IMG/VR virus record: IMGVR_UViG_3300044633_000899
Coordinates: 62,001 to 126,000 of that record
Length of the DNA stretch: 64,000 nucleotides
Reading direction: 5' to 3' (one strand)
Part shown: in pieces, positions 47,956 through 57,537 of the stretch
Position numbering within the stretch: the stretch's first letter is position 1
Layout: every line of letters begins with the position of its first letter
The notes under the pieces: model-generated
What the model saw: the letters and a program-made list of their open reading frames with translations, nothing else
The model's database searches: none
What the model was told of the DNA's origin: nothing
Position numbers and translations under genes: made by a program

Positions 47956-48174
47956 ATGAAAAACTTTTTTATTTATCAGATTTATTTTATTTTAAACCTT
48001 CTTGTTTTAAAATTATTCATTGGGTTTCTTATTACCTATTTTATTGGTGGTAGTTATCTTTATGTCATTATGTGTTCGCTTGTTATTGCGATGGATTTGG
48101 ATGATATGATTGATCGTCAACGAAACTTTGATAGATATTATCCCCACTTCAGTAATAAGTGGTTGTATTTTTAA
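47956..48174 (+). CDS. small membrane protein
   Basis: Hydrophobic; CTTG-N19-TATCTTTG promoter 47904-47934. Confidence 0.55.
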   Translation: MKNFFIYQIYFILNLLVLKLFIGFLITYFIGGSYLYVIMCSLVIAMDLDDMIDRQRNFDRYYPHFSNKWLYF

Positions 48175-48220
48175 CCATTAATCCCCATTTTCTAATAAGA
48201 ATTTGGGGTTTTTATTTTTT
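48142..48220 (+). terminator. repeated intergenic hairpins/terminators
   Basis: CCCCACTTCAGTAATAAGTGGTT recurs at 48648; CCCCATT..TGGGGTTTTT recurs at 49010 and 50173. Confidence 0.65.
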
Positions 48221-48250
48221 GATATATTTATTAAATAAAACAAAGAATTT

Positions 48251-48628
48251 ATGAAAAAAGTAATAAGATTAACAGAATCTGATTTAACAAGAATTGTTAA
48301 ACGAGTAATTAAAGAAAATAGATTGACCTCTCCACCGAATGAAAATGTCCGAAAATTAATGTCATTACTTACCAAGAATAACTTAATTGATCTTGAATAT
48401 GTTAATGTGTATCAAGATTATATTGAGGTTTATAAAATAATTGGTTGCGACTCAGGTTATTTTATGGACAACTTTATTCGTCTTCATCCGGAAGATATTG
48501 ATAATGATGTTGTTTATGTTGATGGTGAACATTATGGGGAAGAAATTGATGAAGAGGAGTATGAGGAGGTTTTGGAATATATTATAGAAAATTGGGAACC
48601 ATTACTAAATCTTGAGTTTGTTGAGTAA
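48251..48628 (+). CDS. leader-bearing acidic protein
   Basis: MKKVIRLTESDLTRIVKRVIKE. Confidence 0.7.
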   Translation: MKKVIRLTESDLTRIVKRVIKENRLTSPPNENVRKLMSLLTKNNLIDLEYVNVYQDYIEVYKIIGCDSGYFMDNFIRLHPEDIDNDVVYVDGEHYGEEIDEEEYEEVLEYIIENWEPLLNLEFVE

Positions 48629-48741
48629 TTTAAAACACTTTATTTACCCCCACTTCAGTAATAAGTGGTTATATTTTTAATTTTTTTCAGAAAGTTCGGT
48701 TTTTTTATTAATGTATATATTTATATATAAATAAAAATATT

Positions 48742-48996
48742 ATGAAAAGAATAATTAGACTAACAGAATCCGATTTAACTAGGATTATTAAAAGAACCAT
48801 TATAGAGATGGAGGAAGATGACGACGAAGTTATTGTAAATGTTAACGACATCGCAAAAGAAGACATGGCCTGTTTTAATGATGTTGCAACACCTTCAGGA
48901 ATGAACGGAGGAAAATATAAGAGAAAAAAGAAAGGTTGTCAAACTAAAACAAGATATAAAAGTAAAACAAAATATTACGGAAACAATAGATTCTAA
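48742..48996 (+). CDS. leader-bearing protein with basic C-terminus
   Basis: MKRIIRLTESDLTRIIKRTIIE. Confidence 0.65.
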   Translation: MKRIIRLTESDLTRIIKRTIIEMEEDDDEVIVNVNDIAKEDMACFNDVATPSGMNGGKYKRKKKGCQTKTRYKSKTKYYGNNRF

Positions 48997-49111
48997 ATTA
49001 ACCATTAAACCCCATTTTAGAAATAATTTGGGGTTTTTTATTTTTCTTCCTTTCTGATTGGGTGTGTTAACCGAAATTCGTTTTTTTTGTTTTATATGAT
49101 ATTTATTGTAT

Positions 49112-49501
49112 ATGAAAAAAATTGTAAAACTAACCGAATCAGATTTAACAAGAATTGTTAAACGAGTACTTAAAGAGGAAGTTACCGAGACCAATATTCT
49201 TCACTGGGAGTTACCAAAAAAATTAGTTAAAGAGCTTGAGGATAGAGTACCAGATGGACTGAAATTATATAGGGATAATGATATTGTTTATGTTCAGGAA
49301 CTTTGGTTTGATACAAGAAAAATTATTTTTGCTCTTTACACACAAGAGCAATTTGGTGTTGAGATAAATTATGATGACTCATTTGATGTTCCGTCAGGTT
49401 ATAATGGGTATTATAGTGTTGATTTTGATAGTGTATCAAAAGACCTCAAAATTTTTATTTTAAGGAGATTAGAACATAACTATATTAGATATTTATTATA
49501 A
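49112..49501 (+). CDS. leader-bearing hypothetical protein
   Basis: MKKIVKLTESDLTRIVKRVLKE. Confidence 0.7.
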   Translation: MKKIVKLTESDLTRIVKRVLKEEVTETNILHWELPKKLVKELEDRVPDGLKLYRDNDIVYVQELWFDTRKIIFALYTQEQFGVEINYDDSFDVPSGYNGYYSVDFDSVSKDLKIFILRRLEHNYIRYLL

Positions 49502-49502
49502 T

Positions 49503-49694
49503 ATGAAAATCATTATAACGGAACAACAATACAAATACATATCAGAAATGATTAAACTTGACATTAAAGTTGGGGATGTGATTATGGGTGGTAAATTTAA
49601 AAACAAAAAGATTGTTGTTAAAACCATTGGTAAAAATGATAAGGGGGATATTACAATTAATGGTAAACCACTATTAAGATTTAGACTATTATGA
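49503..49694 (+). CDS. leader + small conserved beta-domain
   Basis: MKIIITEQQY; IKVGDVIMGGKFKNKKIVVK.IG. Confidence 0.65.
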   Translation: MKIIITEQQYKYISEMIKLDIKVGDVIMGGKFKNKKIVVKTIGKNDKGDITINGKPLLRFRLL

Positions 49695-50161
49695 AAAAAA
49701 TTATTATTACAGAAGAACAAAAGGAAACCTTGGTTGATAAATTATTATATATGATTGACCTTCACGGTTTTGATGTTGCGGTATCCACCGTTGGGTCGGT
49801 TAAAAACTTGGTTAAAGTGATTGGTAAAGATAATTTTGAAACCGTTTTAATTGACCGTAAATTTGATCCAAATGAAATTAAACTGGTAACATCAACTTAT
49901 GATGTTCCGGATACTTTCACTAGATTTGGTGGTGTTGACCGTAATAAATTACTTAGGTTTCTCAATAGGTTTGGTCCAATGTATCTACTCACTATTGGTG
50001 ATGATAGTGTCTTATACCAAAACCAAGATGATACCGAATATTTCACAACAGCATTTGGGTTTTCACCAATGGAACGAACCCTTGACAGAGTTGGGTTAAC
50101 CAAACTGAAAATTAAAGATGTTATAACCATATTTGACGATAAAATTGATGAACAATATTAA
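49691..50161 (+). CDS. leader + family-A-like module
   Basis: MKKIIITEEQ; MID..GF.VA...VGS..NL. Confidence 0.65.
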   Translation: MKKIIITEEQKETLVDKLLYMIDLHGFDVAVSTVGSVKNLVKVIGKDNFETVLIDRKFDPNEIKLVTSTYDVPDTFTRFGGVDRNKLLRFLNRFGPMYLLTIGDDSVLYQNQDDTEYFTTAFGFSPMERTLDRVGLTKLKIKDVITIFDDKIDEQY

Positions 50162-50226
50162 ATTTTTTTAAACCCCATTCCTAATAAGAACTTGGGGTTT
50201 TTTGTTTTCCCATATATTTATTTAAT

Positions 50227-50592
50227 ATGAAATTTATTATATCAGAATCTCAATATGAAAGATTATTTGGTGAACTTCCACTTTCTCTTAAAAGAAGGAT
50301 AACTCGGAGTGACCTAGAATTTTTGGATGGTGAGTTGGTCTATTATATTGCAAATACCCGGCCTATGAATAAATTTGAAGACTTCTTAGAACATGTCATC
50401 AATAACCTTCTATATGAATTTATTATGAATATTAAAAGTGATGAGATTGATGTTGATGAGGATGATGAATACATTGAGACCAGCCGAGATAAAGTTATGG
50501 GTGTATATTGGCAAATAAAACCATTTCTTGAAAAAAGATATAATGATTGGATACATAGGGCTTGGGAAAAAAAGAAAAGTCTATTTTTATAA
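50227..50592 (+). CDS. leader + RR-family domain
   Basis: MKFIISESQYERL; LKRRIT. Confidence 0.65.
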   Translation: MKFIISESQYERLFGELPLSLKRRITRSDLEFLDGELVYYIANTRPMNKFEDFLEHVINNLLYEFIMNIKSDEIDVDEDDEYIETSRDKVMGVYWQIKPFLEKRYNDWIHRAWEKKKSLFL

Positions 50593-50642
50593 AATTCTTC
50601 CTTTCTGATTGGACGTTTTAACAAAAAAAATATGTTATATAT
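50591..50642 (+). repeat. 52-bp exact duplication of a promoter-upstream block (second copy 52822-52873)
   Basis: AAAATTCTTCCTTTCTGATTGGACGTTTTAACAAAAAAAATATGTTATATAT; partial third copy near 49043. Confidence 0.8.
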
Positions 50643-50659
50643 TTATATATAAAACCAGT

Positions 50660-52441
50660 ATGAAAAAAATAATTAGATTAACAGAATTGGATTTGGTATC
50701 AACGATAAATAAAATTATCACTGAACATAAATTTATTACTGAAATAGGTGATTTACAATCACCATATGAAAAATTAATGACTTGCAAATTCACATCTGAT
50801 GGTAAACATGTTGTTTATGAAGGTAAAGCATACTCAACAATAAATGGGAACGAAGTCTTAATTAATGAAAATTGGAGTTTGAGTGATATATTACATACTG
50901 GTGCGGATCTTTTATCTGCTGGTATGGATTTTGTAATCCCAGGTTCTGGTGCTGTTATTGATGTTTTAAATGCACTTAGTTATATTATTGAAGCACAATT
51001 TAAATCTGAAAAAGAAAGAGATTCACTATATATTATGGCGGCAATAACATTCGCTTTTGTTATATTGCCTGGACCATTACAAGCAATTGCAATACCACTT
51101 AAACGAGCAGTTAAGACTGGTGTTGGTTTGGCGTCAAAAATTGTTGTTAAGGGTTTAAAAATTGTTGGTGGAATTTTGGATACAATATTACTTAAATTAC
51201 CAAGTAAAATAAAATCTGCATTACAATCAACTTTGGCAAAAAAGATTCTCGGTAGATTTAGAGGTAAAATTACTGGATTTATTGATAAGTTTACATCAAG
51301 GATTAAACAAATATTATCAACAATTACAGGTAAAACCGGTAAGAAGGGTGTTGAAAATTCAGTAAATGTTAGTTCCGATCAATTTAAAAAAATGTTTGAT
51401 ATTGATAGAACTCTTGGTAAATATGGTTTCAAGGAAACTCCTGAAACAATAAACGCAACATTAAAAAATGTTAACTTTACCAAAGATGGAATAAAAGTTG
51501 TTAATAAAACAACACACAGTCAAGGTCAAGAAGCGTTTTCGGCGGTATTACCTAATAATGTGAGAATGATATTTTATAATAGTAGTAAAGGCTGGATTCC
51601 AATAAAAGGATATAATGGAAAAAAAGCAATACAAATGACAGATATAGACTCAAAGTATGTTAAAGATTTAATATCGGTTTTGAACCGTGAGGGACTGAGT
51701 GGGTTAGGTAAACAAGTTGGTAAACAAGTTGGTAAAAATACCATTACTCCTGTTGCGATACAAGCAGCAAAAAACTTTTTTAGTAGAATACCAAAAATTT
51801 CACAAGGAGCAAAAGTTTTAAGAAAAGCGGGCTTTGCTAAAGGTTATACGTATAAATATATGGGTCCTAAAGGTCCTTTAAAGGGAACAATTTCGGAAAT
51901 AACGGACAGTGGCGTTAAGATATTATTTGAGAAAAACGGTAGGAAATTCACAACAATGGTTCCTGTTGAAACCTTCATTAATAAGGCTGTGGGTGCACCT
52001 TGGTTGAGAAGAGGGTGGGGAGTAACAGTTCCGTTGTTTGTTAAAAGATTTAGTGATATGTTATTAGCTGACGGATCAAATATTGATTATAATAAGTTAG
52101 ATTCTATTCCAGATTTAGATCCCAAACAAACATCATCAGAAACAGAAACTTTTTTACAAGGTGAAGTTGCGGAGTATGAAGGTGAAAGTGATTACACAGT
52201 AAATACAAACGTCCAAAATATCCAAAACGCATTACTAGCATTAGGATATCAATTACCTAATGCAGGTGCTGATGGTAAATTTGGTCCAGAAACAAAAACT
52301 GCTTTAGAGAAATTCCAAAAGGATAATGGTTTAACAACATCCGTAGGAAAAATGGATAGATTAACAACTAAAAAATTGGCGGAAAAATTAAAGGGTAAAA
52401 ACCTTGAACCCGATTTACAAAATAATTTAAACAAAATGTAA
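50660..52441 (+). CDS. leader + pre-toxin-like helical segment + C-terminal PG-binding domain
   Basis: MKKIIRLTELDL; LHTGADLLSAGMDFVIPGSGAVIDVLNALSY; IQNALLALGY....ADGKFGPETK.AL..FQ..NGL. Confidence 0.6.
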   Translation: MKKIIRLTELDLVSTINKIITEHKFITEIGDLQSPYEKLMTCKFTSDGKHVVYEGKAYSTINGNEVLINENWSLSDILHTGADLLSAGMDFVIPGSGAVIDVLNALSYIIEAQFKSEKERDSLYIMAAITFAFVILPGPLQAIAIPLKRAVKTGVGLASKIVVKGLKIVGGILDTILLKLPSKIKSALQSTLAKKILGRFRGKITGFIDKFTSRIKQILSTITGKTGKKGVENSVNVSSDQFKKMFDIDRTLGKYGFKETPETINATLKNVNFTKDGIKVVNKTTHSQGQEAFSAVLPNNVRMIFYNSSKGWIPIKGYNGKKAIQMTDIDSKYVKDLISVLNREGLSGLGKQVGKQVGKNTITPVAIQAAKNFFSRIPKISQGAKVLRKAGFAKGYTYKYMGPKGPLKGTISEITDSGVKILFEKNGRKFTTMVPVETFINKAVGAPWLRRGWGVTVPLFVKRFSDMLLADGSNIDYNKLDSIPDLDPKQTSSETETFLQGEVAEYEGESDYTVNTNVQNIQNALLALGYQLPNAGADGKFGPETKTALEKFQKDNGLTTSVGKMDRLTTKKLAEKLKGKNLEPDLQNNLNKM

Positions 52442-52504
52442 ATACCAACCACACCTCATCAAGTGGGGTTTTTTATTTTGTAATTTTTTCATATATTTAT
52501 TACA

Positions 52505-52819
52505 ATGAAAAATATAAACCAATTATTTCGTAGAAACCCCGGACTACTTGATGAACCTGAAGTAAAACAATTAATTGAATACACCCAGGATCTTGAAGGT
52601 CAAGTTATGGAAAATAAAGTTGATGATGATTATAACAAAGAACATATGTTAAAATCAATGTTATCAGATATTCTATTAAGTTGTAGAGAATATGAAGAGA
52701 ATAAACTTCTACAAGACCGTTACCCAGATTTATATAAGAATCTTGATCCAGACACTTTGGTTAAGAACTTAATGGTTTATATTTTGGATATGAACCGTAA
52801 AAATAATTTAAAACTATGA
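52505..52819 (+). CDS. hypothetical protein
   Basis: TATTTAT upstream. Confidence 0.6.
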   Translation: MKNINQLFRRNPGLLDEPEVKQLIEYTQDLEGQVMENKVDDDYNKEHMLKSMLSDILLSCREYEENKLLQDRYPDLYKNLDPDTLVKNLMVYILDMNRKNNLKL

Positions 52820-52893
52820 AAAAAATTCTTCCTTTCTGATTGGACGTTTTAACAAAAAAAATATGTTATATATATTTATATATAAACATCAAT

Positions 52894-53124
52894 ATGAAAA
52901 GAATAATAAAACTAACAGAGTCTGATGTAACAAGAATTGTTAACAAAATTATAACCGAATCTGAAACAACAGAAATGATGGCACACACTCAAAAATCGTT
53001 AAGACATGAGGCCGTTTTTTTATTAAAAAATTTAGGGTTAAAAACTGAAGATGAAACCGTCAGTGATGTTACAGATATAATTAAATTCATAATACAAAAA
53101 TATGGTGGTAAGGTTTTAGATTAA
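52894..53124 (+). CDS. leader-bearing small protein
   Basis: MKRIIKLTESDVTRIVNKIITE. Confidence 0.65.
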   Translation: MKRIIKLTESDVTRIVNKIITESETTEMMAHTQKSLRHEAVFLLKNLGLKTEDETVSDVTDIIKFIIQKYGGKVLD

Positions 53125-53164
53125 TTACCATTTCCTTTTTTTATAATATGTTTATATATAAATT

Positions 53165-53344
53165 ATGGATAATCAAGAAAAAGCACAAAAGTATAATCAA
53201 CTTATGTATGTTTATACAAAAATACAAAACCAAATTTCATCAATTAAAGGTGAATCATTAGAGTTAAACAATGTACAACTCAGAGAAATTAGTTTATTGG
53301 AAAATAAACTAAGAACCATAATGGAAGAAGCATCACGTTTATAA
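53165..53344 (+). CDS. small coiled-coil protein (59 aa, not in ORF track)
   Basis: MDNQEKAQKYNQLMY...EEASRL; followed by a terminator hairpin. Confidence 0.6.
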   Translation: MDNQEKAQKYNQLMYVYTKIQNQISSIKGESLELNNVQLREISLLENKLRTIMEEASRL

Positions 53345-53350
53345 TTAAAG

Positions 53351-53378
53351 AACTCACAATTAATTTGTGAGTTTTTTT
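53351..53378 (+). terminator. intrinsic terminator
   Basis: AACTCACAA-TTAAT-TTGTGAGTT plus T-tract. Confidence 0.7.
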
Positions 53379-53399
53379 GTTTAATAACTATTTATGTTT

Positions 53400-53699
53400 A
53401 TGGCAAAAGAACTTATTAGACGACATAGACAAATTAAAGATGAACTCATTTTTTTATTATCTGATAATGGACTTGTCTCGTCGTTTAATTTGGGTGATAG
53501 AGACGCTATGACTGATTTTAGGTATATTATGTCAAACATTGTTGCAAGTAAAATTGTGTCCATTGAATTTCCAGATAATTCAAATTTACCTGGTAATTAT
53601 GTTATGCTTAGAAATCAAATCGCAAATTATATTAGGAATGAATTTTATGATGAACTTAATTCAACGTTTAAAAAAACAAAATTCCAATCTGATAATTAA
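53400..53699 (+). CDS. RR-family-like protein
   Basis: ELIRRH; TATTTAT upstream. Confidence 0.55.
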   Translation: MAKELIRRHRQIKDELIFLLSDNGLVSSFNLGDRDAMTDFRYIMSNIVASKIVSIEFPDNSNLPGNYVMLRNQIANYIRNEFYDELNSTFKKTKFQSDN

Positions 53700-54460
53700 T
53701 TAATATTAAGTTCTTTTATCTTATCAAGATCAACAACTGGAATCCATTTGGAAATACCAAGTGTTGGTGAATCTTTATCTTCAGCCCATTTTAAGTAAAA
53801 TTCAAAATTACTACTTTCTCTAAAATCTTCTTCATCCCAAAGATCAAATTTTGAGTAACGCATATTAGGGTTAATTGTTTTATAATATCTATCCATAAAA
53901 TCTCTCAAATCATAGTCAAGTTTATTTATTTCATCATAAAAAACTGAATCGGTATATGTAAATAAATAATGATTTTTATCATTCAACAAATCTAATAGAT
54001 GGTCTTTATGTTGATAATCACTATCATAATGTGTGTTTGTAAATTTATAAAATTTATATAAATCAAAAACAATATCAAAACTTAATAAAGTACCATATTT
54101 TTTTAATGACTCAAGTTTTGGTATAATATCAATAATAAACGGATAACGACCTTTTAATGTTTTAAATAACATATAAAACCCAATATCCTTTTTTTCCTTC
54201 GGCATTTTGTCGTAAGTAGATTCGTTAATGGTTTCTGAAACGTCATCATCAATATCCATATCACCAATTAATACCACATTTGATTTTAAATTATCTTTCC
54301 AGTTATTAAAGTCGTCTTCAGATTTAAACTCTTTAATTATTGATTTATAAAATTCACCATTCTCATCTTGAACCTTTAGTGCTAACCCTTTTTTTATGTT
54401 TGTAGATTCTTTTAACATTATTCGTGTCATTTGATCTTCAGTAATAAGGTATTTTTTCAT
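53696..54460 (-). CDS. leader-bearing two-module protein
   Basis: MKKYLITEDQMTRIMLKE; internal TINES. Confidence 0.65.
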   Translation of the reverse strand: MKKYLITEDQMTRIMLKESTNIKKGLALKVQDENGEFYKSIIKEFKSEDDFNNWKDNLKSNVVLIGDMDIDDDVSETINESTYDKMPKEKKDIGFYMLFKTLKGRYPFIIDIIPKLESLKKYGTLLSFDIVFDLYKFYKFTNTHYDSDYQHKDHLLDLLNDKNHYLFTYTDSVFYDEINKLDYDLRDFMDRYYKTINPNMRYSKFDLWDEEDFRESSNFEFYLKWAEDKDSPTLGISKWIPVVDLDKIKELNIN

Positions 54461-54520
54461 TTTTTATTTCTTTATAAATAAATATCAATAAATTATGTTA
54501 TGTAAATATATTTATAGGAT

Positions 54521-54814
54521 ATGACTAAAGAAGAATTAAAACGATTAAGACGTATTCACGAGGTTAGAGACACAATTGAATTTCAGATGGAAATTCAGGA
54601 TCCTTGTAATTTTGAGGATGGTGATGAGTATGCTGACTTTTGTATTGGTGAGGGTATTAGTTTTTTTTATGGTGATGAAGGTTACGAAAGAACTGATGAT
54701 ACTTTTAATGACGAAACTGAAGACTATCTACGTGATTATATAACCGAGATGATGTATGCCGAATACTTTGATGAATTGGTTACACTTTGGGATGAAAATA
54801 ATGATGAGTGTTAA
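54521..54814 (+). CDS. acidic RR-family-like protein
   Basis: LRRIHEVRD..DPC.F; TATTTAT upstream. Confidence 0.6.
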   Translation: MTKEELKRLRRIHEVRDTIEFQMEIQDPCNFEDGDEYADFCIGEGISFFYGDEGYERTDDTFNDETEDYLRDYITEMMYAEYFDELVTLWDENNDEC

Positions 54815-55239
54815 TGAAAATAATAATAACTGAAAACCAGTATAATATAATTAAAGAAAATATTTCTTTAAAGAAAAAACTACTTAACGTGGTTAAAGAG
54901 TATGGGTTTGATACGGGTATTATTATCACTAGATCAGCCGATAAATTAAAGGAGTTAGCATTTAACAATGATCCGATGGAGTTTTTAAATATATATAACG
55001 ATTTAAAGTCCGTTCAAAGTAAAGAGAGTTCAGATTGGGTTTTATTTTCAAATAAGAAAGATGAAAAATTTATCTTTTACTCAGTGTCAAAAAATATCGC
55101 GTATATTGATTATATTAAAATCTGGTCAATCTTGGAGGACGAATTTAAATTAACTTACATTGAAACTGAAGACTTGACGCAAAAATGGTTATCAACCACT
55201 TACGGATTAACTGGTGTTAAAACAGCACAAATAACATAA
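54814..55239 (+). CDS. family-A paralog 3 (no repeat cassette)
   Basis: MKIIITENQYNIIKENISLK; ends WLSTTYGLTGVKTAQIT. Confidence 0.7.
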   Translation: MKIIITENQYNIIKENISLKKKLLNVVKEYGFDTGIIITRSADKLKELAFNNDPMEFLNIYNDLKSVQSKESSDWVLFSNKKDEKFIFYSVSKNIAYIDYIKIWSILEDEFKLTYIETEDLTQKWLSTTYGLTGVKTAQIT

Positions 55240-55245
55240 TAAGAT

Positions 55246-55788
55246 ATGAAAAAAACTATTAAATTAACAGAATCTGAATTAAAAACTGTAATAACAAAAA
55301 TTATTGAGCAGGCCGCTGGTTATGATGATTTCCAGGTAATGAATCACCACGGAAGAATATCATTGAGAGTGTTAATAACGACTTTGTCTGATTTATTAAG
55401 TGTCTTCAGATCAATTATGAATATCATTGATTCTGAATCACTTGAATATAATACAATTGTAGGTCTATTATATAAAGCAATTGGCATTATAACAGACATT
55501 AATAGTGTTATGGGTGTTGTCTTTAAAGATTTCACTGATAGAGATGTTGTTAGAAAGGGAAAACTATTGGGTAGAGCACTAGAATCTTATCAGGAAAAAC
55601 TAATTACGTTTATGGATATGGGTGAAGAATTAGTAACTAAAGATATGTTACTAACTAAACTGGTTGAGCTAACAGATATTGTGACAATAAAAACCAAAGA
55701 ATATGCTATTGAGTTAACAAATTATCAAAAACGATTTAAATCTAGAATTGATTTTGGTAAAGATGAACCCAAGGGTAGTTTTAACTAA
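55246..55788 (+). CDS. leader-bearing helical protein
   Basis: MKKTIKLTESELKTVITKIIEQ. Confidence 0.65.
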   Translation: MKKTIKLTESELKTVITKIIEQAAGYDDFQVMNHHGRISLRVLITTLSDLLSVFRSIMNIIDSESLEYNTIVGLLYKAIGIITDINSVMGVVFKDFTDRDVVRKGKLLGRALESYQEKLITFMDMGEELVTKDMLLTKLVELTDIVTIKTKEYAIELTNYQKRFKSRIDFGKDEPKGSFN

Positions 55789-55829
55789 GTTTTTTTTGAA
55801 TTAGGGTATATTTATAAAAAAAGAATATT

Positions 55830-57101
55830 ATGGACTTAAAGAAATTATTATTAAGTGAAGGTCAACGTACTAATACAAGAAAAGGTTTGACTAAAAACCT
55901 TATGGAACAGGTTAGTTCTGAATCACAATTTAAATTATCCGAAACAATAACCTTAAAGTCAGCCCAAGCTGCTGGTCAGGATGAATTGAAGTTGTTCAAG
56001 GGGGCTTTGTTCAAAGTAGGAAAAAATAGAATTTTAGTTTCTAATACAAAATACCAAATGGTTAAATCAGATAATGGTAATCCAACAACAGGTACGATAG
56101 AAGGAACAGTACATTATAATTGTAAAGCTGGTAAATTTTATATACCTGGAAAACAAAATACTTATTATAATAAAAACTATGATAATATAAGACCAGATTT
56201 TAAGAAATTCTGTGCTGTTGCTAAACAAACTAAATCAATTGGTGGTGGTGGTAATAAAGTAAATGATCAAAAATTAAATGATTACCCTTGTGTTACAAAA
56301 TTATTAAAAGACGGGAAAGGTAAAGTTTTTGATCAAGAAACGTCAGGTGTAAACCCTATAAAAGACGGTAGTCAATATATTAGTTTTGGTACTTTTCCAA
56401 ACGAGATCAAATTTTTTAACAATGGTCGTTATTACAACGATAAAACCAATAAAGGGGGTGATTATCATTGTGATGGTAATAAAATAATATGGTCTAAAAA
56501 ACAAACAACACCAGAACGTACACCAGGTAGTGGTGGTGCACCAACTACACAATCTCAAACACCAACATTAATTAAACAAATACAAAAAACAATTGGTGTT
56601 ACAGAAACTGGTAAACTTACCGATACTGAAATTCAAACAATATATGATAAGTTAAATCCGTCAGAACAACAAGTTCCAACACCTAGTAACACATCAGATA
56701 ATCAAGCACTAAAAAAGGCACTTGGTGGTAGTTTGGACGCAAAACCATTTGCGTTTGATTATAAAAAGAAGATGGTTAGTGAAGAAATCAATAGAATTAA
56801 AGAAATGATGGGTATTGTTTTAAATGAACAAACGACAACACCAACAGAACAACCAGAAAAGACACCAACAAAAAAATTACAAGAATTATTAAATACTAAA
56901 TTTAGTGCAGGTTTAACTGTTGATGGTAAAATGGGACCAAAAACGGCTCAAGCGATTATAAATGCGTTAGGTAAAGCAACTGTAACAACACCGACACCAA
57001 GTTCCACAAATCAAACGTCAAGTGGTACACCAGTAGATACTAAACCAACTGATAATACGTCATTAGGAACTCCTGAACAAGAGACGTTTACAACATTTTA
57101 A
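55830..57101 (+). CDS. leader-linked multi-module protein with PG-binding-like segments
   Basis: MDLKKLLLSE; internal EEINRIKEMMGIVLNEQ; LQELLN....GLTVDGKMGPKT; T/P-rich linkers. Confidence 0.6.
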   Translation: MDLKKLLLSEGQRTNTRKGLTKNLMEQVSSESQFKLSETITLKSAQAAGQDELKLFKGALFKVGKNRILVSNTKYQMVKSDNGNPTTGTIEGTVHYNCKAGKFYIPGKQNTYYNKNYDNIRPDFKKFCAVAKQTKSIGGGGNKVNDQKLNDYPCVTKLLKDGKGKVFDQETSGVNPIKDGSQYISFGTFPNEIKFFNNGRYYNDKTNKGGDYHCDGNKIIWSKKQTTPERTPGSGGAPTTQSQTPTLIKQIQKTIGVTETGKLTDTEIQTIYDKLNPSEQQVPTPSNTSDNQALKKALGGSLDAKPFAFDYKKKMVSEEINRIKEMMGIVLNEQTTTPTEQPEKTPTKKLQELLNTKFSAGLTVDGKMGPKTAQAIINALGKATVTTPTPSSTNQTSSGTPVDTKPTDNTSLGTPEQETFTTF

Positions 57102-57104
57102 AAA

Positions 57105-57127
57105 ATGGGGATTATGAAATCCCCATT
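57105..57127. terminator. bidirectional terminator between convergent genes
   Basis: ATGGGGAT-TATGAA-ATCCCCAT hairpin. Confidence 0.6.
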
Positions 57128-57537
57128 ACTTCTAATTCAAAAATTAACTTCTCACCAGCTAAAGGATGATTTGCATCAATCACAACTGATTCGTCTTTAA
57201 TTTCCAAAACTTTAACTAACGCTGGACCTTCAGGACCAAATGTTTGTAAAAGCATACCAACCTCAACATTTTCAGGTACGTTTGTTTTTACAACGTCAAG
57301 AATTAATTCCTCATTTCTTTCACCATACGCTTCTCTAGGATCAATCTCAACGGTTTTTTTATCACCAACCATCATTCCAATTAGTCCTGTTTCAAAACCA
57401 GGGATTAATTGTCCTTCACCTAATTTAGCGTTCAAAGGTTCTCTACCTTCTAATAATGAAGAATCAAATACGGATCCGTCAGTTAATTTTCCTGTGTAAT
57501 TCACAACTACACTACTACTTTCTGTTACTTTACTCAT
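57112..57537 (-). CDS. FKBP-type peptidyl-prolyl isomerase (SlyD/FkpB-like)
   Basis: V.VNYTGKL.DGSVFDSS, LG.GQLIPGFE.GL, D.NHPLAG..L.FE. Confidence 0.92.
   Translation of the reverse strand: MSKVTESSSVVVNYTGKLTDGSVFDSSLLEGREPLNAKLGEGQLIPGFETGLIGMMVGDKKTVEIDPREAYGERNEELILDVVKTNVPENVEVGMLLQTFGPEGPALVKVLEIKDESVVIDANHPLAGEKLIFELEVMGIS

Noticed and set aside
51705-51737. GGTAAACAAGTT tandem repeat (GKQV x2)
   Set aside because: A simple in-frame slippage duplication with no further structure.
50609-52894. Shared MDVLTKKICY N-terminus of the 50609 and 52840 ORFs
   Set aside because: An artefact of a TTG inside the 52-bp promoter repeat; the true starts are 50660 and 52894.
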